A stretch of DNA of 64,000 nt, taken from positions 176 through 64,175 of the forward strand of contig CANHGT010000001.1 in assembly GCA_947460385.1 (NCBI GenBank). The letters run 5' to 3'. Position 1 is the first letter of the stretch. Every line of letters begins with the position of its first letter. The translations under genes and the position numbers were made by a program. Positions 1 to 10,186 of the stretch are shown piece by piece. The DNA is from Alphaproteobacteria bacterium. GTDB lineage: Bacteria > Pseudomonadota > Alphaproteobacteria > WRAU01 > Hepatincolaceae. Below the pieces are notes generated by a model that did not search any database, had not been told where the DNA came from, and saw only the letters and a program-made list of their open reading frames with translations.

Positions 1-82
1 TTGCAAAGCAACTATATATAATTCTAGCTTTAGCTAGCATAACTTGTGCAGAATGACACGCAAGTTGCAAAGCAACTATATA
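1..82. repeat. 18-bp direct repeat TTGCAAAGCAACTATATA present twice (1-18 and 65-82) at the window edge
   Basis: Exact 18/18 match read directly. Left context is cut by the window. Confidence 0.6.
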
Positions 83-199
83 AAAGACCTTATATGAAAC
101 TTGTTCATAATACCTTAATGATTAATTAAATCATATTCATGTAAAAATAGGCGTTCAAGCTGAACTTTTGCTCATGTATAGGAATTATGATATAGATAA

Positions 200-1054
200 T
201 TATTTGCTTTTACATAGTTCTTTATAAGCGTTATCATACGTCTTTTTAATAAATTTTATGTCATCGCCTACATTGCTATTTATTAAATTGATTAATTGAT
301 CTGATTGTAAATTCTTTAATCCTTCTAAATCTACAGATAAATACATAGACAAGCTACGTAAATGCGCATTCATAAAATCTTGATTATTAGATGCTAAAAT
401 AATAGGTAATTTACTTAAAGAAGCAACCATTTTTTGCCCTTCGGGACTCTCTTTTACCATGTTGTTTAATATTAAAATATTGGTTAAAATATTTTCTTGG
501 TTAAAAGGAATAAATTGGTATATTTTTTTATTATTATGCTGATATTCTCCAGCAAATATTAGTATCTTATAAGAAAAAGACTGATTTTTTTTAATTGGAA
601 GCTGTTCTCCTACTATCTTGAATACATTATTATTAAATGTTCCTAGGTATGAACCATCAGATAAAGATTCTTGCACTGCCACACTTAATAAATTAGGAAA
701 AACAAAAATACTAGCCAAATGAGGATTCAACTTTTGAATACTTTCACTAGAAAAGTTAGAATCAATAACTTGGTTGTTTTGATTATAATTATTAAAATTT
801 AAAGTGCTTATATCGAACTGCATGTTCATATGCCAAAATACTAGCAAAGGTATAGGCAAGTTAGGGTTAGTTCCTATGTAAATATAACTACGAGTAGCTA
901 TTTGGTAAAGATCACAAAACTCATTAAAGGCTTTGGCATCTTGCATAATAAGATTTTCTACTTGCTTATGATTCAAACTATTATTTTGTGAATTTGCTAC
1001 GGCAACAATAGAAGTAAAAGTAATAATGATTATAACAATTAATAAAATTCGCAT
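200..1054 (-). CDS. Hypothetical exported protein (N-terminal hydrophobic signal-like segment, Asn-rich); no family recognised
   Basis: 284-aa intact ORF. N-terminus MRILLIVIIIITFTSIVAVANSQ looks like a signal peptide. No conserved motifs that I recognise. Confidence 0.5.
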   Translation of the reverse strand: MRILLIVIIIITFTSIVAVANSQNNSLNHKQVENLIMQDAKAFNEFCDLYQIATRSYIYIGTNPNLPIPLLVFWHMNMQFDISTLNFNNYNQNNQVIDSNFSSESIQKLNPHLASIFVFPNLLSVAVQESLSDGSYLGTFNNNVFKIVGEQLPIKKNQSFSYKILIFAGEYQHNNKKIYQFIPFNQENILTNILILNNMVKESPEGQKMVASLSKLPIILASNNQDFMNAHLRSLSMYLSVDLEGLKNLQSDQLINLINSNVGDDIKFIKKTYDNAYKELCKSK

Positions 1055-1063
1055 AGAACAGTC

Positions 1064-2446
1064 TTATTTTAATTCACATTTAATAACAGAGGCTAAACCA
1101 CCTAGAGAAGTTTCTCGGTATTTAGAATCCATATCTTTTCCAGTATTAAACATTGTTTTAATTACATTGTCTAAACTAACTACAGGAGGATTATTTTCAT
1201 TTCTAGCCATAGCCATTTTTGCAGACATCACCGCTTTAACCGCTCCAAATGCGTTTCTTTCTATACAAGGAATTTGAACTAAGCCTGCCACAGGATCGCA
1301 AGTTAATCCTAAATGATGTTCCATAGCAATTTCACCCGCACAACAAGCTATTTCAGGGCTGGCTCCTAACATTTCAGCTATAGATACTGCTACCATAGAA
1401 CTAGCTGCCCCTATTTCAGCCTGACACCCTGCTTCTGCTCCTGAAATTGAAGCATTAAGTTTATAAATATAACCAATAGCTGACGCTGTTAATAAAAATT
1501 TAACCACATCATCATCATTCAATTTCTTATAAAACTTATTATAATAAGCCATAACCGCAGGGGTAATTGCACATGCACCATTGGTTGGTGCTGTAACAAC
1601 TTTATGTCCTGCCGCATTTTCTTCAGCTACTGCAAGTGCAAAAGCACTAATCCAATTAATAGTGTTAAAATCATCTTGTTGCATTGAATTGTTCGGATCA
1701 TTAAGCTTTTTATATAAATCTCCTGCTCTTCTTGGTAAATGTAAAGCACCGGGCAATACTCCAAAAGTATTTAAACCGTTATTAATTGCACAATCCATAA
1801 CTTCCCAGATTTTTTTATAGTAATCATAAATTTCTTGTTTTGACAAGTGTTGCATTTCACGCATTAAAGCAATTTCAGATATACTTTTACCATGGGTTTT
1901 GCATAAATCTAGAATATCTTGAACAGATTTAAAATCTATAGCTAATTTAACAGTACCTGAGGAATCTTCATCAAAAAATGAGTCCTTTTCTTTAACAAAA
2001 CCACCACCTACAGAAAAATATGTTTTTTCTAATAAAAGTTCATTTTCATTATAAGCACTAATAGTTACACCATTCTCATGAAGATCTAAAAAAGTTGGAT
2101 TAAAAACAATATCTTTATCTCTAATAAAAGAAATACGGTGTGTATTGTTTACATGTAAACTATTAGTAGCAGTTACATTGGCAATAATATCTTCAATTTC
2201 TTTAGAAGTAATAGTTTCAGGCAACCTACCACTTAAGCCTAAAATTATTGCAACATCTGTTAAATGTCCACGCCCTGTAAGAGATAGAGAGCCGTACAAA
2301 TCTACTTTTATTCTGTTAATGTTACATGTTAAATCTTTTTCTTCTAAAGTTTTGCAAAACATATTGCCAATAAGCATGGCACCGAGTGTATGAGAACTAG
2401 AAGGACCAATACCAATTTTAAAAATAGATAGAATACTGTTTTTCAT
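1064..2446 (-). CDS. sdaA: L-serine dehydratase (iron-sulfur dependent, single chain)
   Basis: N-terminal hallmark FKIGIGPSSSHTLGAM. The 460-aa length and C-terminal alpha-domain Cys-rich segment (CCAGEIAMEHHLGLTCDPV) are typical of SdaA. Confidence 0.9.
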   Translation of the reverse strand: MKNSILSIFKIGIGPSSSHTLGAMLIGNMFCKTLEEKDLTCNINRIKVDLYGSLSLTGRGHLTDVAIILGLSGRLPETITSKEIEDIIANVTATNSLHVNNTHRISFIRDKDIVFNPTFLDLHENGVTISAYNENELLLEKTYFSVGGGFVKEKDSFFDEDSSGTVKLAIDFKSVQDILDLCKTHGKSISEIALMREMQHLSKQEIYDYYKKIWEVMDCAINNGLNTFGVLPGALHLPRRAGDLYKKLNDPNNSMQQDDFNTINWISAFALAVAEENAAGHKVVTAPTNGACAITPAVMAYYNKFYKKLNDDDVVKFLLTASAIGYIYKLNASISGAEAGCQAEIGAASSMVAVSIAEMLGASPEIACCAGEIAMEHHLGLTCDPVAGLVQIPCIERNAFGAVKAVMSAKMAMARNENNPPVVSLDNVIKTMFNTGKDMDSKYRETSLGGLASVIKCELK

Positions 2447-2525
2447 TTTTTATTGCCTTATATAAATAAATTAGTTAGTTTATTGGCACACTAGGAACAC
2501 AGAATTTGTTACAATTATCAATATT

Positions 2526-4868
2526 CTACCTAGCATACTTACTTCTAGCATTACTACTGCTAAGTTTAAAAGTTAATAATCCACGAATAGTATCTGCTTC
2601 GGTTAATATTACTTGTACGGGTTGACCTATTTTATAAGTTTTTTTCGTAGCACGGTCTAAAATCATATTGCGTTCTGAATCAAAATCAGCAAATTGAGTG
2701 CTAATAGTACGCATTGGGATTAATCCGCTTGCTCCATTCTCTTTCAAACCAATAAACATTCCTGCTTTGGTAATTGTAGAAATATAGGCTTCAAAGGTTT
2801 CACCTATTTTATCTGCTAACCATCTGGTAATAATTCGCTCTTTTGCTGTCATTTCTGCTGAAAATGCTTTACGTTCGGTTATAGAAATATTCTCGGCTAT
2901 TGTTGTAACATCGCCTCGTGTGTAATCAAACTTATTATTATCTTTATCTAAAATATGTAGGATTAGCCTATGTGTCATTAAATCGGCATATCTACGAATA
3001 GGTGAGGTAAAATGACTATATTCTTTTAAAGATAAACCAAAATGCCCAATATTGTTCACATCATACACAGCTTGAGCTTGGCAACGTAAAATAATTTCAT
3101 TTAAAGATACAATAAAATATTCTTTACTGTATTTTTTTACAAAACTATTAAAAAAGTCTCCACTAATTTTAGTTTCAGATAATTTAATATCTCGCACAGG
3201 AATATCAAATGCTTTTAATTGTTGGATAAAATTCACAAGTTTTTCTTGGGTTGGTTTATCATGCACCCTATAAACACATAAGCCTTTTTGCGAATAACCT
3301 GCTACACCTGTGAATTTTGCTGCTGCCACATTTGCTGACACCATAAATTCTTCAACTATTTTATGGGATATTAAAGATTCTCTAATTTTTATTGACAACA
3401 AATTATCGTCATTGTCTAACAGAATTTTAGTTTCTTGGGAATGGATTTCTAATGTGTGCCTTCTTTCCCTTGCTTTATCTAATAATTTATAGCACTCATA
3501 AATAGGTTTTACTACCTCAGTAAATATTGGAGCAATATGATCATTAATATTGCCATCTAAAGCATTTTGTACTTCTTTATAGGTTAGCCTTGCTTTTGAT
3601 TTCATAAGCCCACGAGAAAAATCAAAAGTTTCAATTTCACCATTTCTATTAATCACCATTTCGCATAATAAACAACCCCTATCTTCTTGTGGGTTTAAAG
3701 AACACCAACCATTAGATAACTCTTTAGGCAACATGGGAATTACAAAACCTGGCAAATATACTGAGTTACCACGAACCAATGCTTCCTTATCTAGCTCCGA
3801 GTTAATCGCCACATAATGAGAAACATCGGCAATTGCCACATAACATTTATATGCTCCACTGCCATCTTGTATTGCTTCTGCCCAAATAGCATCATCAAAA
3901 TCTTTTGCATCTTCATCATCTATTGTTACAAGGGGTAAATGCCTAACATCTCGCCTATTATCTATGGTGCATGCTTTAGCTTCTTTAGCTTCTTGTGTTA
4001 CTTCACTTGAAAATTCATATGGTAAATCAAATTGATACACCGACATCATAGATGAAGATTTTACTTCGCTTGCCATTGCAACAACCTCAATAAAATCAGC
4101 CTCAGAAGGTATTACCCTATCTCCTTTAACTAAGCTTGCCTTAATTATACTGCCCTCAATTAGGTCTTTAGGAGCGTTATTTAAAATAATATCTTTACGA
4201 GAACGGAAACTTAAGGGAATTAAATAATCAAAGCCTTCCTCTCTCTTATACACACCTTTAATAGAGCTTTCTTGTGTGGCATTAGCATTATTTTTAGGAA
4301 AAGCTATGGTATTGCTATCTAAGTACAATAATGGTTCCGCAATTATTTTTTCATGTTCTACTACAAGCCTAGCCACAATACGCTTGTGCATTAAATTTTT
4401 ATTAACATCATAAATTAATACATCGGTTTCTTTAACCGCTGTCCCATCTAGTGCGGAAACTTTACAAATAAAATGTTCTGCTACTACATTATCTAAAATA
4501 TTTAATAAAACAACTTGATAATACTCACTATTAGGAATCAAACCTTTATTAAACACAAAAGTATCGTTATTTTCGGTTTTAATAACTTTATTTTTTAATA
4601 GTAATTGTATTTTAAACAACACACTTTCTTGATCTTTGCCTGAAATATTTAACTGTTCTAAAAACGTATTTAATTCTAACACCGCATTTTTTGCTAAATA
4701 ATCTACAATGAGTTCAATTGACACCCGAGATTTACCAAAAAAGTTTTTAGTTTTTATTTGTTTATCACCCCTAAATCCCCCGCTCTTTTTTTTAAAAGAA
4801 TTGCTTGATTTATTAGAATTTGAATGACTTGACCTAGATTGTTTATTAAAAAATGATTTTTGTTTCAT
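2526..4868 (-). CDS. rnr: Ribonuclease R
   Basis: RNB catalytic motif VTIDDEDAKDFDDAIW. SPIRRYADL motif. C-terminal S1-like segment (FEAYISTITKAGMFIGL). 780 aa. Confidence 0.9.
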   Translation of the reverse strand: MKQKSFFNKQSRSSHSNSNKSSNSFKKKSGGFRGDKQIKTKNFFGKSRVSIELIVDYLAKNAVLELNTFLEQLNISGKDQESVLFKIQLLLKNKVIKTENNDTFVFNKGLIPNSEYYQVVLLNILDNVVAEHFICKVSALDGTAVKETDVLIYDVNKNLMHKRIVARLVVEHEKIIAEPLLYLDSNTIAFPKNNANATQESSIKGVYKREEGFDYLIPLSFRSRKDIILNNAPKDLIEGSIIKASLVKGDRVIPSEADFIEVVAMASEVKSSSMMSVYQFDLPYEFSSEVTQEAKEAKACTIDNRRDVRHLPLVTIDDEDAKDFDDAIWAEAIQDGSGAYKCYVAIADVSHYVAINSELDKEALVRGNSVYLPGFVIPMLPKELSNGWCSLNPQEDRGCLLCEMVINRNGEIETFDFSRGLMKSKARLTYKEVQNALDGNINDHIAPIFTEVVKPIYECYKLLDKARERRHTLEIHSQETKILLDNDDNLLSIKIRESLISHKIVEEFMVSANVAAAKFTGVAGYSQKGLCVYRVHDKPTQEKLVNFIQQLKAFDIPVRDIKLSETKISGDFFNSFVKKYSKEYFIVSLNEIILRCQAQAVYDVNNIGHFGLSLKEYSHFTSPIRRYADLMTHRLILHILDKDNNKFDYTRGDVTTIAENISITERKAFSAEMTAKERIITRWLADKIGETFEAYISTITKAGMFIGLKENGASGLIPMRTISTQFADFDSERNMILDRATKKTYKIGQPVQVILTEADTIRGLLTFKLSSSNARSKYAR

Positions 4869-4872
4869 ACGA

Positions 4873-7287
4873 TTATTTCTCTTCAGTATTGATTATTTTA
4901 ATAGCATCTGCCAAAGATAAGTCTTTATTTTTATATTCCTTAGGTATCTTAATATTTTTTCCATCGTAATATAAGTATACACCATATCTACCATATTTCA
5001 ACATTATATTTAGTTTTGTAACATCATGTAAGCCTAATACCTTACCTTCTTTCTTTTGTTTTTGCTCTTGAACAACTTGTTTTGCTTTTTCTGCAGTAAT
5101 TGTAAAGATGTCTTCTTTATATGAATAAAATTCTTTGCTAATTCTAATATATGGACCGAATTTACCAATTGCAAAACTCATATCAGAATCTAGCTGTAGT
5201 GGTAAATTAATAAAGAATATTGCCTGCTCTAACGTTAATTTTGTAGCATCTATTGTGGCTGGAATAGCCACCCTTTTAGTTTGCTCATCGGTTTTTTCTA
5301 CATAATAACCGTATGGTCCTTTTTTAACAAAAATTTCTTTCCCACTGCTGTCTAAACCTAAGGCTTGATTGTCGTTATTTTGCATGCTAACTTGCTCATC
5401 TATAATTTCTAATTGATTGGTATATGTGCATTCAGGATAATTAGAGCAACCAATAAAAGCTCCAAATTTAGAATTTTTAATTTGTACATCGCCCTCTATA
5501 CACTTCGGACATTTCACATTTTCTTGTACAAAATGGTGTAATATAGCTTTATTTATAGTTTCCATAATTTCAGGAATAGTAATTTTTTCTACGGTTTTGA
5601 TATTTGCATCAAAGCTTACCCAAAAATCTCCTAAAACCTTTTTCCAATTGGCATCACCACTTGATACTTCGTCTAATTGCTTTTCTAAATTTGCAGTGAA
5701 GTCGTATTCTACGTATTTGGCAAAAAATTTATCTAAAAACACACTTAATATTCTACCCCTTGCCTCTGGAATAAAGCGTTTCTTATCTATATTTACATAC
5801 TTGCGTTCCTGTAAAACAGACATAATGCTAGCATATGTTGATGGGCGACCAATTCCCATTTCCTCTAACTTTTTAACTAAAGTAGCTTCTGAGTACCTAG
5901 CTGGCGCTTCTGTAAAGTGTTGTTTATTTTCTACGTTCTCTACTTTTAAATTAGCGTTTAGTTCAATTTTAGGCAGGGTTTTATCTTTTTCATCTAAATC
6001 TACCTTATACACTTTATAAAAGCCGTCAAAACTTAGAATAGAGCCTGTAGCTTTTAGATTTATTTTATCGTTACTTGCATTAATATCATAAGAGCAAACA
6101 TCATACAAAGCACTACTCATTTGAGATGCTATGGTACGTTTCCAAATAAGGCTATATAATTTAAAAGCATCGTCTTCTAGGAATGATTTTAGATCATCTG
6201 GCTGTCTTTCAATTGCGGTTGGTCTGATCGCTTCATGGGCTTCTTGGGCATTTTTTGCCTTAGTTTTGTACACTCTTAAACTTGTAGATAAATATTTATC
6301 ACTGAATTGGCTTACAATGTAAGACCTCATATTATTTAAGAATGCTGGGTCAATTTGTGTAGCATCTGTTCTCATATAGGTTATTAAACCCACTGTTTCT
6401 TTATCTATATTAATACCTTCATATAACTTTTGGGCAACCTGCATAGTTTTTTTAGCTGAAAAACCTAGCTTGTTAAAGGCATCTTGCTGTAATGTAGAGG
6501 TGGTAAATGGAGCAAATGGGTTACGAGTTAGTTTTTTATTTTCAATGTTGGTTAAAATAAACTCACCCTTGCTAATGCGGTCTTTAATGGCTAAAGCATC
6601 TGTTTCATTATTAACGGGTTGTTTTTCTATTTGTTGGCTATCTATTTGAATAAGTTTAGCTTTAACACTTTGTTTTTTATTATCTAATAAATCTACTAAA
6701 AATGACCAATATTCTTCTGATTTAAAATCATCTATCTCGTTTTCTCGCTCACAAATAACTTTTAATGCTACAGATTGTACACGTCCTGCTGAACGACTAC
6801 CCGGCATTTTCCTCCACAGTATTGGTGAAATACTAAAGCCCACCAAGTAATCTAGTGCTGTGCGTGTCATATACGCTGATACTAGATTATCGTCTATATC
6901 TCGGGCATTATTAAAAGCTTCTAAAATGTTATCTTTCGTTATAGAGTTAAATACTACACGCCTAATTGTTAGACCTTTTTTTAAGGCTTTTTTATCTGTT
7001 AAACAGGCAATAAGATGCCATGAAATTGCTTCTCCTTCCCTATCGGGATCGGTTGCTAAATACAGCTCATCGCAACTTTTAACTAACGTTACTATTTCTT
7101 TAAGATTTTTTTTTGCTTGAATAGTTTCTTCCCAAACCATGGCAAAATCATTTTCAGGCTGTACAGAACCACTTTTAGACACTAATTGTCTTATATGACC
7201 ATAACTTGCAACTACTTTATAGTCTTTACCTAAATATTTATTAATTGTTTTAGCTTTACTTGGCGATTCAACTATTACTAATTTCAT
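4873..7287 (-). CDS. topA: DNA topoisomerase I
   Basis: Toprim N-terminus MKLVIVESPSKAKTINKYLG. Active-site region GLITYMRTD. C-terminal zinc ribbon CPKC...CSNYPEC. Confidence 0.95.
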   Translation of the reverse strand: MKLVIVESPSKAKTINKYLGKDYKVVASYGHIRQLVSKSGSVQPENDFAMVWEETIQAKKNLKEIVTLVKSCDELYLATDPDREGEAISWHLIACLTDKKALKKGLTIRRVVFNSITKDNILEAFNNARDIDDNLVSAYMTRTALDYLVGFSISPILWRKMPGSRSAGRVQSVALKVICERENEIDDFKSEEYWSFLVDLLDNKKQSVKAKLIQIDSQQIEKQPVNNETDALAIKDRISKGEFILTNIENKKLTRNPFAPFTTSTLQQDAFNKLGFSAKKTMQVAQKLYEGINIDKETVGLITYMRTDATQIDPAFLNNMRSYIVSQFSDKYLSTSLRVYKTKAKNAQEAHEAIRPTAIERQPDDLKSFLEDDAFKLYSLIWKRTIASQMSSALYDVCSYDINASNDKINLKATGSILSFDGFYKVYKVDLDEKDKTLPKIELNANLKVENVENKQHFTEAPARYSEATLVKKLEEMGIGRPSTYASIMSVLQERKYVNIDKKRFIPEARGRILSVFLDKFFAKYVEYDFTANLEKQLDEVSSGDANWKKVLGDFWVSFDANIKTVEKITIPEIMETINKAILHHFVQENVKCPKCIEGDVQIKNSKFGAFIGCSNYPECTYTNQLEIIDEQVSMQNNDNQALGLDSSGKEIFVKKGPYGYYVEKTDEQTKRVAIPATIDATKLTLEQAIFFINLPLQLDSDMSFAIGKFGPYIRISKEFYSYKEDIFTITAEKAKQVVQEQKQKKEGKVLGLHDVTKLNIMLKYGRYGVYLYYDGKNIKIPKEYKNKDLSLADAIKIINTEEK

Positions 7288-7309
7288 TTATATTACCTTA
7301 AATAATTAT

Positions 7310-8419
7310 TTATTCGTTATCAATTGGTTTTAAAAGAGCAACTCTACCACTAGAAAATCTTTCAATATAACCATCTAATTCTAACTCAATTAGTGCGATG
7401 TTAATATGTTGTGCATCTAAATTACTGCTAGAAATTAAAACATCTAAATGTATTGGATTATAAGAAAGAGATGATTTTAAATATTTTCTTGCAACACTTA
7501 AGTTCTGCTCTACTAATTCTACAGTTTTATTATGTGTGTAACGAGAGAATGTTTTTTCTTTTAAAACTTGTTCTTTGGTTAATACTTTTAAAATATCATC
7601 TATATTTTCAATTAAGACACCTTGATTTTCCTTAATTAACATGTTTGCCCCTGAACTTTTATTGCCCGGAGAGCTCGGATAACACATTACTTCTCTACCT
7701 TGTTCAAAAGCTAAGCGTGCCGTAATAATGCTGCCCGACTTTATAGAAGCTTCCATTACAACTATCCCCCTAGACATGCCCGATATTAAACGATTACGGG
7801 TGGGAAAATGTGCGGGTATAGGTTGGGTTCCAATAGGAAATTCTGAAACAACAGCCCCTTGATTGCAAAGCTTATGGTATAAATCTTTAGATTGTGGCGG
7901 ATAAATATTGTCTACCCCTCCACCTAAAAAAGCTACTGTACCTTTTTCTAAAGCTCCTTCATGGGCTGCAGAATCAATGCCCCTAGCCATTCCTGAGGCT
8001 ACTAAAAATCCTTTACTACCTAAATCTTTAGCTAAATTAAAAGTAGCTTTCTGGGCAAACAATGAGCAATTGCGAGATCCCACTATGGCAACTGCAGATT
8101 TTCTTAATAAATGTTTGTGTCCTTTTAAAAATAATACGGGAGGAAAGTCATAAATATGTTTTAATAAGGGCGGATAGTATTCATCTAAATAAGTAATGAT
8201 TTCTACTCCTTGCTTTTCGCATTCAGCTATTTCATCTTCAACAGAAGCACGGGAAGCTATTTCAAATTTTTTACTTCTCCTACTTTGTAATTTAGGAATA
8301 ACCGATAAAGCATTACTTTCTGAACCAAATTGCTCTACCATTTGCATATATACAACGGGACCAACATTTTTTGTACGTATTAATTGTAAAATATTTACTA
8401 ACTGATTATTTTTTGACAT
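7310..8419 (-). CDS. dprA: DNA processing protein DprA/Smf
   Basis: Rossmann-like core VAIVGSRNCS...VASGMARGIDSAAHEGAL is typical of DprA. 369 aa. Confidence 0.9.
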   Translation of the reverse strand: MSKNNQLVNILQLIRTKNVGPVVYMQMVEQFGSESNALSVIPKLQSRRSKKFEIASRASVEDEIAECEKQGVEIITYLDEYYPPLLKHIYDFPPVLFLKGHKHLLRKSAVAIVGSRNCSLFAQKATFNLAKDLGSKGFLVASGMARGIDSAAHEGALEKGTVAFLGGGVDNIYPPQSKDLYHKLCNQGAVVSEFPIGTQPIPAHFPTRNRLISGMSRGIVVMEASIKSGSIITARLAFEQGREVMCYPSSPGNKSSGANMLIKENQGVLIENIDDILKVLTKEQVLKEKTFSRYTHNKTVELVEQNLSVARKYLKSSLSYNPIHLDVLISSSNLDAQHINIALIELELDGYIERFSSGRVALLKPIDNE

Positions 8420-8432
8420 TGGATATCTTTTA

Positions 8433-9047
8433 TTATTTCTTTTTAAAAGTTATTTTAGTTTCTTGTTTCTTTATTAATTTAATAATATTACTTTTATGTT
8501 TAAATAAAATTATACAAGAGATAAATAAAACATAATAGAACAAATCATTATTCATAAAATACATGAATATAGGAAGTGATAAAGTAGCTAAGATTGCAGA
8601 TAGGGAAGAATATCTGGTAATAATAGCAGTTAATAGCCATACAATTAAAACAAAAGCAGATATTAACGGATTAACAATTAACATCGTACCAAAGCCTGTA
8701 GCAACCCCTTTACCGCCTTTAAATTTCAGCCACACAGGAAAAATATGACCTAAAACAGCAGATACGCCAGCTAACATGCTTAAATTAATTTCTATATTAG
8801 CAATTACTACATTGTTGTAAAAATAAGCTACTAAAAGTACAGATAATGCCCCTTTAAAAGAATCTAAAAATAAAGTCATTAATGCTAAAAATGGATAACC
8901 TGCTCTTAAAACATTTGTTGCACCAATATTTTTAGAGCCAATATTCCGTATATCTTGACCTTTAAAAAGTTTAACTAAAATTAATCCATAAGGTAAAGAA
9001 CCTATGAAATAACAGCCTATAATAATTATAAAAATACTAGATATCAC
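8433..9047 (-). CDS. plsY: Glycerol-3-phosphate acyltransferase PlsY
   Basis: Motifs GSKNIGATNVLR and FKGGKGVATGFG. Polytopic membrane protein of 204 aa. Confidence 0.9.
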   Translation of the reverse strand: MISSIFIIIIGCYFIGSLPYGLILVKLFKGQDIRNIGSKNIGATNVLRAGYPFLALMTLFLDSFKGALSVLLVAYFYNNVVIANIEINLSMLAGVSAVLGHIFPVWLKFKGGKGVATGFGTMLIVNPLISAFVLIVWLLTAIITRYSSLSAILATLSLPIFMYFMNNDLFYYVLFISCIILFKHKSNIIKLIKKQETKITFKKK

Positions 9048-9275
9048 TTGCTCTCCTATAAAATTCCATAACTTTTATCTAGTATAACAGGTAATTTATA
9101 AAATTAAAGTTAATTGTACTATTCATATTTAAAATGTATAAATAATTTGATTTCGTACTGATATAAGCAAGACGCTAAGTGTAGTTATTACAGCAGACTG
9201 AAAAAGCTAGAAGGGTTAAAAATATAAATAGTTAGCTGTAGATGTACAACATACTTTGTAAACAAAACATTATAT

Positions 9276-9318
9276 AAAGTATAAAGAATTAATCTATGTG
9301 GCTAATTCTTTATACTTT
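9276..9318 (-). terminator. Candidate rho-independent terminator after the isc-mla-orf260 block
   Basis: Perfect 16-bp inverted repeat AAAGTATAAAGAATTA / TAATTCTTTATACTTT (9276-9291 and 9303-9318) with an 11-nt loop. It lies about 55 nt downstream of the orf260 stop. The T-tract is only partial. Confidence 0.5.
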
Positions 9319-9372
9319 GGTAAATTTGCACAGTCTTAATAGCTAAATTAAAATAATTTAACTATATGGCTA

Positions 9373-10155
9373 TTATTCAGCACCTAGTATTTTGCCATCT
9401 TTATTGATTTGCTGTATTGCCTTCAGAACAGTTCCATCTTTAAACTCTGTAAAAGATTGCATGTTTTCTATATAAGTTTGATACTTATATAAATCTTCAG
9501 CTTTTAAAGCTACTTGTGATAACCATAAATATGCTATAAATTTTTCTAAGTTATTCTTAGATGATGCCAAAGCTTTACTAAGATGTTGGTTAGCTTCTGT
9601 TAAATCTCCACCACCAACACTAGGAACAAACAAATTCCATTTACCTAAGCCGATATTGGCAATATAATTATTTTCATCTATCTCTAAAACTTGCTTGTAC
9701 ATATCTTGAACTTTAGGTCCTTCAGACATCTTGCTAAAAATACTAACAAACATTAAAGAATACATTTTAAAATCAGCATAAGAAGCTAAAACATTAGCAT
9801 TGATATTGCTAATTTCTACAGCTTTTATTCTTTCTTCCCATTGTTTATTTAAGTTGGTAGTAATTTCTTTAGCAACCTTACTGGTAATTAGTTTTGCCGA
9901 CAACTCAAACTGCAATAAGGCAATTTGAATATTAGAATAATTAGCAAAATCTTCTAGTGTTAAAGGGTCTTTATGTGCATTTAAATAATCTTGAAAATTC
10001 TTTGTTGTTAATTCTTTATAGTTAGCAATATCTTGGGCATTCTTAATATAATTGCCTGAATAGTAATTAAATAGAACTTTATCTGATTCAATATAATTTT
10101 CAGCTTTTAAAACACTTGTAAACAGCAATATAGTTAAAAAAATAAAATAACGCAT
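9373..10155 (-). CDS. Hypothetical exported helical (TPR-like?) protein, last gene of the mlaEF block
   Basis: 260-aa ORF with signal-like N-terminus MRYFIFLTILLFTSVLKAEN. The composition looks helical. No MCE/MlaD motifs recognised. Confidence 0.55.
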   Translation of the reverse strand: MRYFIFLTILLFTSVLKAENYIESDKVLFNYYSGNYIKNAQDIANYKELTTKNFQDYLNAHKDPLTLEDFANYSNIQIALLQFELSAKLITSKVAKEITTNLNKQWEERIKAVEISNINANVLASYADFKMYSLMFVSIFSKMSEGPKVQDMYKQVLEIDENNYIANIGLGKWNLFVPSVGGGDLTEANQHLSKALASSKNNLEKFIAYLWLSQVALKAEDLYKYQTYIENMQSFTEFKDGTVLKAIQQINKDGKILGAE

Positions 10156-10186
10156 TTCATTGACTCCGATTTATTATTATAGTTAA

